Source: Woeseiaceae bacterium (lineage in GTDB: Bacteria; Pseudomonadota; Gammaproteobacteria; Steroidobacterales; Woeseiaceae). From it: a stretch of 50,052 bases of DNA. Below the pieces are notes generated by a model. That model saw only the letters and a list, made by a program, of their open reading frames with translations. It ran no database searches and was not told where the DNA came from. Numbering within the stretch: the stretch's first letter is position 1; each line of letters opens with the position of its first letter. The stretch lies in contig DASUOE010000202.1 in assembly GCA_036276805.1 (NCBI GenBank), positions 1-50,052 on the forward strand. Direction: 5' to 3'. The translations under genes were made by a program, and so were the position numbers. Below are positions 9,473 to 19,762 of this stretch, one piece after another.

Positions 9473-10965
9473 TCCAGCCCGCGCAGGCCCACGGCTTCCG
9501 CGACGTGCCGGACCTCGATCGACGGCGACGCCGCGAGGTCGGCGATCGTCCGCGCGACACGCAGGATCCGGTGATAGGCGCGTACCGACAGCCCGAAGCG
9601 GTCGGCCGCGGTGTCGAGCAGGCGCCAGCCGTCGTCGGTGAGCCTGCAGGCCTGCTGCACGTCGCCCGCAGGAATGCGCGCATTGCACACGCCGTTGCGG
9701 GCCAGTTGCCGTTCGCGCGCCGCAATCACCCGCGCCTGGACGGCGGCGCTTTGCTCCCCGCCGGGCGCATCGCCCCGCAACAGTTCGCGCGGCGGACGGT
9801 GTACTTCCACGCACAGGTCGATGCGGTCGAGCAACGGTCCCGAGATGCGGGCGCGGTAGCTCGCGACCCGCTCCGCACTGCAGTTACACGAGCCGCTGGC
9901 GTCGCCGAGGTAGCCGCAGGGACAGGGATTCATCGCGGCGACGAGCTGGAACATCGCCGGGAAATCCTCCTGCCGTCGCGCCCGCGATATCGTGATGCAG
10001 CCCGCCTCGAGCGGTTCGCGCAGGACCTCGAGCACGTGGCGGCTGAACTCCGGCAGCTCGTCTAAGAACAGGACCCCGTTGTGGGCGCGGGACACCTCGC
10101 CGGGCCGGGGCTCGGGGCCGCCGCCGATCAGCGCGGCGGCGGACGCGGTATGGTGCGGGGCGCGGAACGGGCGCACCCGCCAGCGATCGAGGTCGGGCGG
10201 GCGCCCGAGGACGGATTCGACGGCCGCCGTCTCGATTGCCTCCTGTTCCGACATCGGCGGCAGGATGCCCGGCAGCCGCGCCGCCAGCATGCTCTTGCCG
10301 GTGCCCGGGGGCCCGCTCATCAGCAGGTTGTGCCCGCCCGCGGCGGCGATCTCCAGTGCGCGTTTCGCGCTAGCCTGGCCCCGTACGTCCGCGAGGTCCG
10401 GCGCAAGAGGCTTCCCGGTCGCCGGCTGACATTTCGCCAGCAGGTCGAGGCCATCGCCGCCCTGCAGGTGGCCGGTGACGTCGAGCAGGCGGTCGGCGAC
10501 CCGGGTCCCGTCGCTGACGAGCGCCGCTTCGGCGCCGTTGTCGCGCGGCACGACGAGACGTCGATTGACGGCCGCGGCCTTGAGCGCCGCGGGCAGTACG
10601 CCGGGTACGCTCCTCAGTTCGCCGTTCAGCGCGAGTTCGCCGTACCACTCGCAGTCGTCGAGATTGCCCGCCCGGACCTGCCCGCTCGCAAGGAGAATGC
10701 CGAGCGCGATCGCGAGATCGAAACGCCCGCCCGTCTTCGGCATGTCGGCCGGTGCCAGACTCACGGTGATGCGGCCTCGCGGCAGGTCGAAGCCCGAGCT
10801 CAACAGCGCGCCACGCACCCGGTCACGGCTTTCCCGCACCGCCGTCGCCGGCATGCCCACGATATTGAAGACGGGCAACCCGCCGGAGAGAAGCACCTCG
10901 ATCGCGACCGGCGGCGCGAGCGTGCCGACCTGGGCACGGCTGTGCAGGATCGCGATGCCTCCCAT
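9469..10965 (-). CDS. comM: YifB/ComM-family Mg-chelatase-like AAA ATPase
   Basis: 498 aa with Walker A GPPGTGKSMLA, LFLDELPEF and a C-terminal ..RAYHRILRVARTIADLA. The comM-ubiK-glnK-amtB neighbourhood matches Pseudomonas. Confidence 0.9.
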   Translation of the reverse strand: MGGIAILHSRAQVGTLAPPVAIEVLLSGGLPVFNIVGMPATAVRESRDRVRGALLSSGFDLPRGRITVSLAPADMPKTGGRFDLAIALGILLASGQVRAGNLDDCEWYGELALNGELRSVPGVLPAALKAAAVNRRLVVPRDNGAEAALVSDGTRVADRLLDVTGHLQGGDGLDLLAKCQPATGKPLAPDLADVRGQASAKRALEIAAAGGHNLLMSGPPGTGKSMLAARLPGILPPMSEQEAIETAAVESVLGRPPDLDRWRVRPFRAPHHTASAAALIGGGPEPRPGEVSRAHNGVLFLDELPEFSRHVLEVLREPLEAGCITISRARRQEDFPAMFQLVAAMNPCPCGYLGDASGSCNCSAERVASYRARISGPLLDRIDLCVEVHRPPRELLRGDAPGGEQSAAVQARVIAARERQLARNGVCNARIPAGDVQQACRLTDDGWRLLDTAADRFGLSVRAYHRILRVARTIADLAASPSIEVRHVAEAVGLRGLE

Positions 10966-10985
10966 ACCGGCCCTCCCTGGCCGCC

Positions 10986-11116
10986 GTAGGAGCGGCGCTC
11001 GCGCCGCGAATTGTTCGCGCGATGCGGCCGCGGTGGAAACGTCGTTCGATCCGGCCGCGACGCTTCTGCCGTAGCAGCCGGCCGTGCCAAATTCGCGGCG
11101 CGAGCGCCGCTCCTAC
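10986..11116. repeat. REPIN-like inverted REP pair (stem variant GCGGCG-CTCG-CGCCGC in both arms)
   Basis: GTAGGAGCGGCGCTCGCGCCGCGAATTG ... ATTCGCGGCGCGAGCGCCGCTCCTAC. Confidence 0.9.
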
Positions 11117-11403
11117 GGCGGCCCGGTCTCCAGCGCACGCACCTTTGCCTCGAGTGCGTCGAGTTTCTCCCGCGTGCGCGCGAGCACGGCTTCCTGCACT
11201 TCGAACTCCTCGCGCGTCACGAGATCGAGCTTTGCGAGTCCCTGCGCCAGCACCGAGCGGAAGTTCGCCTCGATTTCGTCCTGCATCGCGCGCAGGTTCG
11301 CCGGCAGGCTTTCGGCGAGGCGGCTCGCCAGGCGCTCGATCTCCTCGCGCCCGGGCGGGAACGGCCGGCTCACGCCGCACCCCCGGCCATATGCTTGTGC
11401 CAT
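11113..11403 (-). CDS. ubiK: UbiK (YqiC)-family accessory factor, small coiled-coil protein
   Basis: ..LAKLDLVTREEFEVQEAVLARTREKLDALEAKVRALE is typical of the UbiK/BMFP family. The exact start is uncertain. Confidence 0.65.
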   Translation of the reverse strand: MAQAYGRGCGVSRPFPPGREEIERLASRLAESLPANLRAMQDEIEANFRSVLAQGLAKLDLVTREEFEVQEAVLARTREKLDALEAKVRALETGPP

Positions 11404-11500
11404 TGCAGCGCATGCATTGCATCGCTGCCAGCGCCGTTTGTGCGCGATTGCACTGGTTTCGATCGCAACTCATCGAAACGGGGCAGGGCTCGATTCGCCA

Positions 11501-11517
11501 CGCACCGGGGTGGTGCG
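11501..11517. promoter_or_regulatory. Candidate NtrC binding site
   Basis: CGCACC-GGGGT-GGTGCG is a perfect palindrome that matches the TGCACC-N5-GGTGCA consensus at 10 of 12 positions. It lies about 55 nt upstream of the sigma-54 element. Confidence 0.5.
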
Positions 11518-11570
11518 CCTGCGCTCGCTGAAAAATCGCATGTTGCTGAATTCATAAGCATTTCCGACGT

Positions 11571-11586
11571 TGGCACGATTGCTGCT
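11571..11586 (+). promoter_or_regulatory. Candidate sigma-54 (-24/-12) promoter for porin-glnK-amtB
   Basis: TGGCACGATTGCTGCT has GG and GC at consensus spacing (TGGCAC-N5-TTGC). It lies 59 nt upstream of the porin ATG. Confidence 0.6.
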
Positions 11587-11644
11587 TTTAAGGCTCCCGG
11601 GAACGGGGCGTCACTGCCCACAACTTAACGGGAGCACATCGAAA

Positions 11645-12271
11645 ATGAAAGTAACGACGAAAGCAGGCGTGGTTGCGACCCTCATCCTCGCGAGCGGGCT
11701 GGCCCAGGCGGACTGGTCGGTAAACCTCGGTTATGCCAGCGAGTACTATTACCGCGGCATCTTCCAGAAGAACTCGTCCGCGAACGGCGGCATCAACTTC
11801 GAGGCCGGCGGGTTCTACGCCGGGACGTGGGCGGCCGACGTCGGCGACGGCCTGGAAGTGGACGGGTTCTTCGGCTACGGCATGGACCTCGGCGAGATCG
11901 GGCTGTCCGCAGGCTACACGGGCTACTTCTACACGGGCGACTTCGACGACACCTACCAGGAAATCAACCTGGGCGGCAGCTTCGGCATCGCGTCGCTCGA
12001 CGTCGCCGTCGGCCAGTACGAGAACTTCGAGGGTCCCACGCTCGATTACACCTACTACGCCCTGACGCTCGAGCAGAACGGCTTGTACGGCAAGTACGCG
12101 GGCTTCTCACAGGACTTCGATGGCAGCTATCTCGAACTCGGCTACGGCGCGACAGTGGCCGACATAGATTTCGGCATCGTCCTCATCATCAACGACGAGG
12201 ACCTGAACGGCACCGACGGCAACGACGAGAACGTCATCTTCACGGTCGGCAAGACTTTCGACCTTCAGTAG
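11645..12271 (+). CDS. TorF/TIGR02001-like putative outer-membrane porin
   Basis: Start moved to ATG 11645, giving MKVTTKAGVVATLILASGLAQA-DWSVNLGYASEYYYRGIFQ. The protein is rich in Gly/Tyr/Phe beta-strands. This family is commonly found upstream of glnK-amtB. Confidence 0.7.
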   Translation: MKVTTKAGVVATLILASGLAQADWSVNLGYASEYYYRGIFQKNSSANGGINFEAGGFYAGTWAADVGDGLEVDGFFGYGMDLGEIGLSAGYTGYFYTGDFDDTYQEINLGGSFGIASLDVAVGQYENFEGPTLDYTYYALTLEQNGLYGKYAGFSQDFDGSYLELGYGATVADIDFGIVLIINDEDLNGTDGNDENVIFTVGKTFDLQ

Positions 12272-12330
12272 CGCACGACCGAGGGTCGCAACGGCATGAC
12301 GCAAGACAGAGGAGCGACCTGCCTACGTCC

Positions 12331-12906
<576 letters not shown>

Positions 12907-12919
12907 AGGAGGACTTCTG

Positions 12920-14203
12920 ATGGAAGACCAGATCACCCAGGTTTCGGCGTCGGTCACTGAGCTGGCCTATGCGCTGGACACCTTTTATTTCCTCGTCATG
13001 GGCGCCCTCGTCATGTGGATGGCGGCGGGCTTCACGATGCTCGAGGCAGGCCTCGTCCGCGCCAAGAACACGGCCGAGATCCTCACCAAGAACGTCGGTC
13101 TCTACGCGATCGCGTGCATCATGTACATGCTGTGCGGCTACGCGATCATGTACCCCGGCGGCGATTTCGCGGGCGGCGTATTCGGGCCGCTCTCGACGCT
13201 CGGCAGCGGGCTGCTCGGCAAGTCGGACAACGACGTCGCGGGCGTGCTCGCCGGCGACGCGTACTACTCCGGCCTGTCGGACTTCTTCTTCCAGGTCGTG
13301 TTCGTCGCGACCGCCATGTCCATCGTCTCCGGCGCGGTCGCCGAACGCATGAAGCTGTGGTCGTTCTTCCTGTTCGCCGTGATCCTCACGAGTCTCATCT
13401 ACCCGGTGCAGGGTTTCTGGAAATGGGGCGGCGGCTGGCTGGCCGAGGGCGGCTTCGTCGACTTCGCCGGCTCCGGCATCGTGCACTTGACGGGTGCCTC
13501 GGCTGCGCTCGCCGGCGTGCTGCTGCTCGGGCCGCGCAAGGGCAAGTACGGCCCGGGCGGGCAGGTCAACGCCATCCCCGGCTGCAACCTGCCGCTGTCG
13601 ACGCTCGGCACGCTGATCCTGTGGCTCGGCTGGTTCGGGTTCAACGGCGGCTCGGAGCTCAAGGTGTCGAACGTCGGCGAAGCGAATGCCGTGGCACTCG
13701 TGTTCGTGAACACGAACATGGCCGCCGCCGGCGGGCTCATCGCCGCGCTCATCCTTTCGCGCTTCTGGTTCGGCAAGGCGGACCTCACGATGGCGCTGAA
13801 CGGCGCGCTGGCCGGGCTCGTCGCGATCACCGCCCAGCCGCTGACGCCGGCTCCGCTACTCGCGACGGCGATCGGCATCGTCGGCGGCCTGCTCGTCGTC
13901 GGTGCGATCGTGACGATGGACAAGCTGAAGATCGACGACCCGGTCGGCGCGATCTCGGTGCACGGCGTCGTCGGCATGTGGGGCCTGCTCGCGGTCTGCC
14001 TGAGCGACGAAGCCGCAACGTTCAAGTGGCAGCTCATCGGGCTCGTCTCGATCCTCGCCTGGGTGTTCCTGACGAGCCTGCTCGTCTGGTTCGTGATCCG
14101 GATGGTCGTCGGTATCCGGGTATCCGAGGAGGAGGAGTACGAAGGCGTCGACCGTTCCGAGTGCGGCCTCGAGGCCTACCCGGAATTCTCGAAAGCCGAC
14201 TAG
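12920..14203 (+). CDS. amtB: Ammonium transporter
   Basis: 427-aa polytopic protein with Amt signatures (FVDFAGSGIVHLTGA, AISVHGVVGMWG). Confidence 0.95.
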   Translation: MEDQITQVSASVTELAYALDTFYFLVMGALVMWMAAGFTMLEAGLVRAKNTAEILTKNVGLYAIACIMYMLCGYAIMYPGGDFAGGVFGPLSTLGSGLLGKSDNDVAGVLAGDAYYSGLSDFFFQVVFVATAMSIVSGAVAERMKLWSFFLFAVILTSLIYPVQGFWKWGGGWLAEGGFVDFAGSGIVHLTGASAALAGVLLLGPRKGKYGPGGQVNAIPGCNLPLSTLGTLILWLGWFGFNGGSELKVSNVGEANAVALVFVNTNMAAAGGLIAALILSRFWFGKADLTMALNGALAGLVAITAQPLTPAPLLATAIGIVGGLLVVGAIVTMDKLKIDDPVGAISVHGVVGMWGLLAVCLSDEAATFKWQLIGLVSILAWVFLTSLLVWFVIRMVVGIRVSEEEEYEGVDRSECGLEAYPEFSKAD

Positions 14204-14297
14204 TCCCCTGACGGGGGGCTGCCCGGAATTCGTGCAACGGCGAATACGGGCAGTCCCCCGGACCTTTGCTGCAGCTTTTCCCCCGAGAAAGCAGATT

Positions 14298-14323
14298 GGC
14301 GGGCCTTCGGGCCCGCCTTTTTT
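14298..14323 (+). terminator. Rho-independent terminator after amtB
   Basis: GGCGGGCC-TTCG-GGCCCGCC followed by TTTTTT. Confidence 0.8.
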
Positions 14324-14470
14324 GCTGGAGTGGGCGCCACCCCCGCTCCAGCGGCCCAAATCCGCACGATTCGCTGTGATCGGTGTCACAACAACCCGAA
14401 GTCGGCCATGCTCTAATAGCGCAAGCAGGCGCACCCGGCCCTGGGCAGGGTGCGCAAAGGCAGGCACCCG

Positions 14471-14947
14471 ATGAAACGGAACGATCACAGCAGAGCTTTA
14501 CGCCGCGCGGCACTCGGGCTGTTCGCAGCAGTTCTGGGTGCGGGCACCGCGCACGCGAGCGACATCTACCGCTACACGGACACCGAGGGCAACGTTCACT
14601 ACGTGGACCGGCCCACAGGCGCGCCGAGCGAGGAACGGGTGGCCATCAGCTCGAAACCGACGAACCCGGCGCAGGTCCAGGCGCGGGCGCAGACCCGCTA
14701 CGGGCGTGACGCCGCCGACGAGGCCGCGGGCGAAGAGGCCGACAAGCCCACCCGCGCGGAGCGCGCGGCCGCCGCCAAAGAGCGCGCGGACAAGTGCCAG
14801 CAGTATCGCGACCAGCTCGAAACCTACGTCATGTCGCGCCGCCTGTACCGCGAAGCGCCGAACGGCGAGCGCGAGTACCTCGATGACAGCGAAGTTGCGG
14901 AAGCACGCAGCAAGGCCGAGGAAATGGTCGTCGAGCACTGCGACTGA
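14471..14947 (+). CDS. DUF4124 domain-containing protein
   Basis: Signal peptide followed by IYRYTDTEGNVHYVDRP (DUF4124 core) and a charged coiled-coil tail. I prefer ATG 14471 (preceded by AAGGCAGG) over the GTG at 14450. Confidence 0.7.
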   Translation: MKRNDHSRALRRAALGLFAAVLGAGTAHASDIYRYTDTEGNVHYVDRPTGAPSEERVAISSKPTNPAQVQARAQTRYGRDAADEAAGEEADKPTRAERAAAAKERADKCQQYRDQLETYVMSRRLYREAPNGEREYLDDSEVAEARSKAEEMVVEHCD

Positions 14948-15019
14948 GGCCACCTGGGCGTCGCTGCCGCGCGCGGGCGCTTGTAGTACATTGCGGGCTG
15001 CGTCTCCGGGAGCCCCTGT

Positions 15020-16093
15020 TTGAGCCCTGACCTCGGCCATCGGCCGGAACAGCCGCCGGCGGGCAGCCAGGCCTACCTGCCGGATTTCTGTGCGGCCGGC
15101 ACGGTCTTCGTGGCCGTGCTCATCGCCGAACTCGTCGCCATCGCGCTGACACTCGCGGCGCACGACGAGGGCCGTTTTTTCGTCGAGCTCTACGGCATCT
15201 CCTTTTACGTGTTGTGGTTCGCCCTGCTCGGCTGCGCGATCATGTGCAAGCTGCGCGCACGGCTGGAAGGCGCCGGCAAGACGCGCGCGTTCGTGTTCAG
15301 CTTCCTCATACTTCTCCTGCTGTGCCTCGCGCTCGCGGAACTCGCCTGGCAGCTCGGCCGGTACTTCGCGGCGCTGCTCGTCATCGAGAGCAGCCACGTC
15401 GCCTTCGTCGGCCGCACCTTCGCCATCGGCGCGATCGTGATCGCCCTCGCCATGCGCTACCTCTACGTGTCGAGCGAATGGCGCCGGAGCATCCTGCTCG
15501 AAGCGCAGGCGCGCGTCAGCGCACTGCAGGCGCTCATCCGGCCGCACTTCCTGTTCAACAGCATGAACACCATTGCATCCCTGACGCGGACCGACCCACG
15601 GCAGGCCGAGGAAGCGGTCGAGGACCTCTCCGACCTCCTGCGCGCGAACCTCGGCGGCGCGAAGGACAAAACGACGCTGAAGCAGGAACTCGAACTCGCC
15701 GCCATCTACCAGCGCATCGAGAAGCTCCGCCTGGGCAGCCGCCTCGAAGTGCGCTGGGACGTGGCGGCGCTACCCATGCGGGCGCTGATCCCGAGCCTCA
15801 CGATCCAGCCGCTCCTCGAGAACGCGATCTACCATGGCATCGAACAGCTACCGGACGGCGGGCGCATCACGGTGACGGGCCGGCGCGAGGGCGATCGGCT
15901 GTCCATCGAGATCGCCAACCCGGTCTCGGCGACCGCGAGGCGCACCAAGGAGGGCAACCGGATGGCCCTTTCCAACATCCGCCAGCGCTACGAACTCGCG
16001 TACGGACCGCGTGCGAGCGTCGACGTCCGACAGGAGAATGGCCAGTACACGGTCGCGCTGTGCTTCCCGGTGGACGGCGGAGCGTCCGGGTGA
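15020..16093 (+). CDS. algZ: LytS/AlgZ(FimS)-type sensor histidine kinase
   Basis: Four N-terminal TM helices, the His-kinase box LIRPHFLFNSMNTIASL and the ATPase region ENAIYHGIE..GGRITVTG. It shows algZ-algR-hemC synteny. The start is uncertain (TTG per track). Confidence 0.8.
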   Translation: MSPDLGHRPEQPPAGSQAYLPDFCAAGTVFVAVLIAELVAIALTLAAHDEGRFFVELYGISFYVLWFALLGCAIMCKLRARLEGAGKTRAFVFSFLILLLLCLALAELAWQLGRYFAALLVIESSHVAFVGRTFAIGAIVIALAMRYLYVSSEWRRSILLEAQARVSALQALIRPHFLFNSMNTIASLTRTDPRQAEEAVEDLSDLLRANLGGAKDKTTLKQELELAAIYQRIEKLRLGSRLEVRWDVAALPMRALIPSLTIQPLLENAIYHGIEQLPDGGRITVTGRREGDRLSIEIANPVSATARRTKEGNRMALSNIRQRYELAYGPRASVDVRQENGQYTVALCFPVDGGASG

Positions 16094-16836
16094 GGGTGCT
16101 CATCGTGGATGACGAGCCGCCGGCGCGGGAGCGCCTGCGGCAGATCGTCGGTGACATCGAGGGTTACGCCGTCGCGGGCGTTGCGGCCAACGGCGAGGAA
16201 GCCCTGCGCATGGTGGCCGGTGAACGGCCGGACATCGTGCTCCTGGACATTCGTATGCCGGGCATCGATGGCATCGAAACCGCCAACTACCTGAACAAGC
16301 TTGCCGATCCTCCCGCGATCGTCTTCACGACCGCGTACGACGAGTACGCCATCGACGCGTTCGATGCACGTGCGGTCGGCTACGTCCTGAAACCGGTCCG
16401 CCGTGAACGCCTCGCCAGTGCGCTGGCACATGCCTCGCGGCTGGCACGTGCGACAATCGAGGAGCTCGGTCGCACCGGCGGGATCGCAGCCAGACGCCGC
16501 CACGTGTGCGCGGGTTCCCGCGAGAAGCTGACACTCATCGACATCGACACCGTCAACTTCTTCTGCGCCGACCAGAAGTACGTCGCCGTGCACCACGACG
16601 GCGGAACCAGCCTCATCGACGATTCGCTGAAGTCGCTTGAGGACGAGTTTGCCGACGAGTTCGTCCGAATCCATCGCGGCGCACTCGTGGCAGTCGCCCG
16701 CATCGACGCGCTTTTGCGCACGGCGGACGGCCGCCTGCGCGTCGCCCTGCGCGACGGCTCGCATCCCGACGACAAACAACTGATAATCAGCCGCCGGCAC
16801 GTCGCCGACGTTCGCCGCCGGCTCAAGGGATCCTGA
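16090..16836 (+). CDS. algR: LytTR-family response regulator
   Basis: The sequence lies inside track ORF 15214..16836. GTG 16090 overlaps the kinase stop as GTGA. Features are VRVLIVDDEPPARERL.., the receiver Asp in VLLDIRMPGIDG and a C-terminal LytTR region (FVRIHRGALV). Confidence 0.85.
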   Translation: MRVLIVDDEPPARERLRQIVGDIEGYAVAGVAANGEEALRMVAGERPDIVLLDIRMPGIDGIETANYLNKLADPPAIVFTTAYDEYAIDAFDARAVGYVLKPVRRERLASALAHASRLARATIEELGRTGGIAARRRHVCAGSREKLTLIDIDTVNFFCADQKYVAVHHDGGTSLIDDSLKSLEDEFADEFVRIHRGALVAVARIDALLRTADGRLRVALRDGSHPDDKQLIISRRHVADVRRRLKGS

Positions 16837-16856
16837 CGACGGAGGCAGGTACGCCG

Positions 16857-17798
16857 TTGAAACTCCGTATTGCAACGCGCAAGAGCGCGCTGGCGCTGTG
16901 GCAGGCCGGACACGTCGCGGAACGGCTTCGCACGCTCGCCGGCGTGAGCGAAGTCGAGCTCGTGCCGATGACGACGCGCGGCGACGAAATCCAGGACCGC
17001 AGCCTGCAGGCCGTGGGCGGCAAGGGCCTTTTCATCAAGGAACTCGAAGTCGCGCTCGAGGAGGGTCGCGCCGACGTCGCCGTGCATTCCATGAAGGACG
17101 TGCCCGGCGAACTGCCGGCGGGCTTCGCCATCGCTGCCGTGCTCGGCCGCGCGAATCCGGCGGATGCGCTGATCGGGCGCAGGGGCATGCGGCTCGAGGC
17201 GCTGGACGACGGCGCAGTAGTCGGCAGTTCGAGTCTCCGGCGCGCGGCGCAGTTGAAGCGCCTGCGCCCGGGGCTAAAGGTCCTGCCGTTGCGCGGCAAC
17301 GTAAACACGCGCCTTCAGAAACTCGAGGCGGGCGAGTTCGACGCCATCGTGCTGGCCGTGGCCGGGCTCGAACGCCTGGGGCTCGCCGGGCACATCAGCC
17401 AGGTCTTCACCTGCGAGGAAATGCTGCCGGCCGCCGCACAGGGCGTGCTCGGCATCGAGTGCCGGGCCGGCGATGCACGCATACTCGACGTCGTCGCCGC
17501 GCTCAATGACCCGGCCACAGCCGTGACGACGGCCGCGGAACGGGCGGTCGCACGCCGCTTCAACGCGAGCTGCCTGTCGCCGGTCGCCGCGCATGCCCGT
17601 ACGTCGGGCGACGAACTCACGATCACGGCGCTCGTGGCGACGCCCGACGGGCGCCGCTGCCTGCGCGACAGCTTGTGCGGCAAGGTGGAGCGCGCCGAGG
17701 CCATCGGCCGCGCGCTGGCGGAACGGATGCTCGGTCACGGTGCGCGCGAGATCCTCGATGAGGCCGAGCGGGCGGTCAGCGGATCGCGGCGTGCCTGA
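16857..17798 (+). CDS. hemC: Hydroxymethylbilane synthase (porphobilinogen deaminase)
   Basis: MKLRIATRKSALALWQA..TRGD..GGKGLFIKELE..AVHSMKDVP. Confidence 0.95.
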   Translation: MKLRIATRKSALALWQAGHVAERLRTLAGVSEVELVPMTTRGDEIQDRSLQAVGGKGLFIKELEVALEEGRADVAVHSMKDVPGELPAGFAIAAVLGRANPADALIGRRGMRLEALDDGAVVGSSSLRRAAQLKRLRPGLKVLPLRGNVNTRLQKLEAGEFDAIVLAVAGLERLGLAGHISQVFTCEEMLPAAAQGVLGIECRAGDARILDVVAALNDPATAVTTAAERAVARRFNASCLSPVAAHARTSGDELTITALVATPDGRRCLRDSLCGKVERAEAIGRALAERMLGHGAREILDEAERAVSGSRRA

Positions 17799-18573
17799 CC
17801 GCCTGCCGCCCGGCTACGCGGTCCTCGTCACGCGCCCGCGCACGCAGGCAGACGAACTCACTGCCGCCATCCGCGACGCGGGGGGCGAAGCCGTGGAGTT
17901 CCCGGTCATCGAGATCCGGGCACGCGACCCGGCGGCCGTCGCCGCCGATGCGGCCGCGCTGCCCGTCCCCGATGTCACGATTTTCGTGAGTTCGAACGCC
18001 GTGCAGCACGGCATCGCGTACGGCGGCGGCCGGCTCGCCGCCATAGGCCCGGCAACGGCCGCCGAAATCCGCCGCTGCGGGCGGACCGTCGACATCGAGC
18101 CGGCGGGCGGCTTCGACAGCGAAAGCCTGCTGGCCCTGCCGGCCTTCGCCGACATCCGTGGCCGCACGGTGCGCATCGTCCGCGGGAATGCCGGCCGGGA
18201 ACTGCTCGCCGCGGAGCTTGCCGGCCGCGGTGCGCGGGTGGACTACCTGGCAGCGTACACGCGCGCGCTGCCTGCCCACCCGCCGGCGCTCGTCGAGGCC
18301 GTGGCCGGCCGCTGGCGCCGCGGCGACATCCGCGCCGTCGTCGTCATGAGCGTGGAATCGCTCGACAACCTGGCCCGCCTCCTGCCCGCCGAATGCCGGC
18401 CGGGAGCCGCCGGACCGCTACTGGTGACCCCTGCTGCACGTGTGTTAAAAGAGTTCGGGCTGCGATACCCGGGCTGCCCCGGAGCCCTGGCCGACGGACC
18501 CCGGGCGCGCGAACTCCTCGACTGCATCGTAACGAGCGCCCGCGCATCGGCGCCGCCCGGCCTACCGGACTGA
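17791..18573 (+). CDS. hemD: Uroporphyrinogen-III synthase
   Basis: Reading-frame continuation of track ORF 17593..18573. The GTG at 17791 overlaps the hemC end by 8 nt. The VLVTRP..ELTAAIRDAGGEAVEFPVIEI pattern and its position after hemC support the call. Confidence 0.85.
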   Translation: MPDRLPPGYAVLVTRPRTQADELTAAIRDAGGEAVEFPVIEIRARDPAAVAADAAALPVPDVTIFVSSNAVQHGIAYGGGRLAAIGPATAAEIRRCGRTVDIEPAGGFDSESLLALPAFADIRGRTVRIVRGNAGRELLAAELAGRGARVDYLAAYTRALPAHPPALVEAVAGRWRRGDIRAVVVMSVESLDNLARLLPAECRPGAAGPLLVTPAARVLKEFGLRYPGCPGALADGPRARELLDCIVTSARASAPPGLPD

Positions 18574-18577
18574 CGAC

Positions 18578-19762
18578 ATGAGCGAAACCGAGAACCCGAA
18601 CCGCAATTCGCCGGTCGTCGACGCCGATTTCGACGAGCCGGCGCAGGCGCCCGGCAATGACGACGCCGGCAGACCGGCGCCGGCCGCGAGGCGCGGTTCA
18701 GGATGGACGGCGAGCATCGCCTGGCTTGCGCTCTTCGTAGCGCTCGCCGCCCTGGCGGGCCTCGGGTATCGCGCGTTCGAGGATTTCCGTGCCGGGCCCG
18801 CCGAGGCGGCGGATGCCGCGGCGCTCGCCGCCCTGGAACGGGACGTCGACGCGGCGCTCGGGACGATGCGCGAGGCGCAGGCCGAGCTCGAATCGCGACT
18901 CGAGGCGGCCGTCGCCGACGCCGGCGACGAGCGTGCTGCGCTCGAGGACCTGCAGGAGGAGCTCGAAGCACTCGACGACGAAGCCCGGGTACTCGAGTCG
19001 CTCGCGCCCCGCGTGAACGCCGTGGAGCGCTCGCTCGCCAACCTGCAGGGCATTTCGGTCGATGCCCGCACAGGCTTCCTGCTCGCGGAAGCCGAATACT
19101 ACATGCAGATCGCGAACGCCCAGCTGCAGCTCGCCGGCAACCCGGAACTCGCGGCGCTGGCGCTCGGGCAGGCCGACGACCGCCTGGCGCAGGTCGGCGA
19201 CCCCGCATTGACGGAGGTGCGGCGGGCCGTCGCCGACGAGCGCGCCGCGCTCGAGCTCATGGAAGGACCGGACCTCGCCGGGGTGACGCTGACGCTCGGC
19301 AGCCTGGCCCAGGTCGTCGAATCGCTCCCGCTCGCGGGCAGCCGGGCGGATGCCCGCCGCGACGCGGCCGCGGAGGGCGAGGACGGCGGTGCATTCGACC
19401 GTGCCTGGCAGTCCGTGAAAAACGCCTTCAGCGGCGCCTTTTCCTACACCGCGCCGGCCGAGGCCGACCGGCCGCTCCTCGCGCCGGACGCCGAGCCGCT
19501 GATTCGCAGCAATCTTGCACTGCAACTCCAGGCGGCGCGGCTCGCCCTGCTGCGCGGTGAAGAGGACCTGTTCCGGCAGAGCCTCGAGGACGCGGAGCGC
19601 TGGCTTGAAACCTATTTCGACACGGACTCGGCGCCCGTTGCCGGCGCGCTCGAGACGATCGGGGAGATCCGCGGGAACTACCGCCCGATCGCCAGGCCCG
19701 ACATCTCGGAATCCCTGAAGCTCCTGCGACAGCACCAGTCCCTGGCGGAACCCGCCGCATGA
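18578..19762 (+). CDS. hemX: HemX-type protein (uroporphyrinogen-III C-methyltransferase-like membrane protein)
   Basis: 394 aa with an N-terminal TM helix and an Ala/Glu-rich coiled coil. It lies between hemD and hemY. Confidence 0.8.
   Translation: MSETENPNRNSPVVDADFDEPAQAPGNDDAGRPAPAARRGSGWTASIAWLALFVALAALAGLGYRAFEDFRAGPAEAADAAALAALERDVDAALGTMREAQAELESRLEAAVADAGDERAALEDLQEELEALDDEARVLESLAPRVNAVERSLANLQGISVDARTGFLLAEAEYYMQIANAQLQLAGNPELAALALGQADDRLAQVGDPALTEVRRAVADERAALELMEGPDLAGVTLTLGSLAQVVESLPLAGSRADARRDAAAEGEDGGAFDRAWQSVKNAFSGAFSYTAPAEADRPLLAPDAEPLIRSNLALQLQAARLALLRGEEDLFRQSLEDAERWLETYFDTDSAPVAGALETIGEIRGNYRPIARPDISESLKLLRQHQSLAEPAA

Noticed and set aside
14204-14449. A highly structured 246-bp region after amtB as a possible small RNA. 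It has several hairpins, including CTGCCCG-N21-CGGGCAG, GCTGGAG-N15-CTCCAGC and GCGCACCC-N11-GGGTGCGC.
   Set aside because: Only the canonical terminator (14298-14323) is interpretable. I found no promoter or conserved motif, and GC-rich DNA produces short stems by chance.
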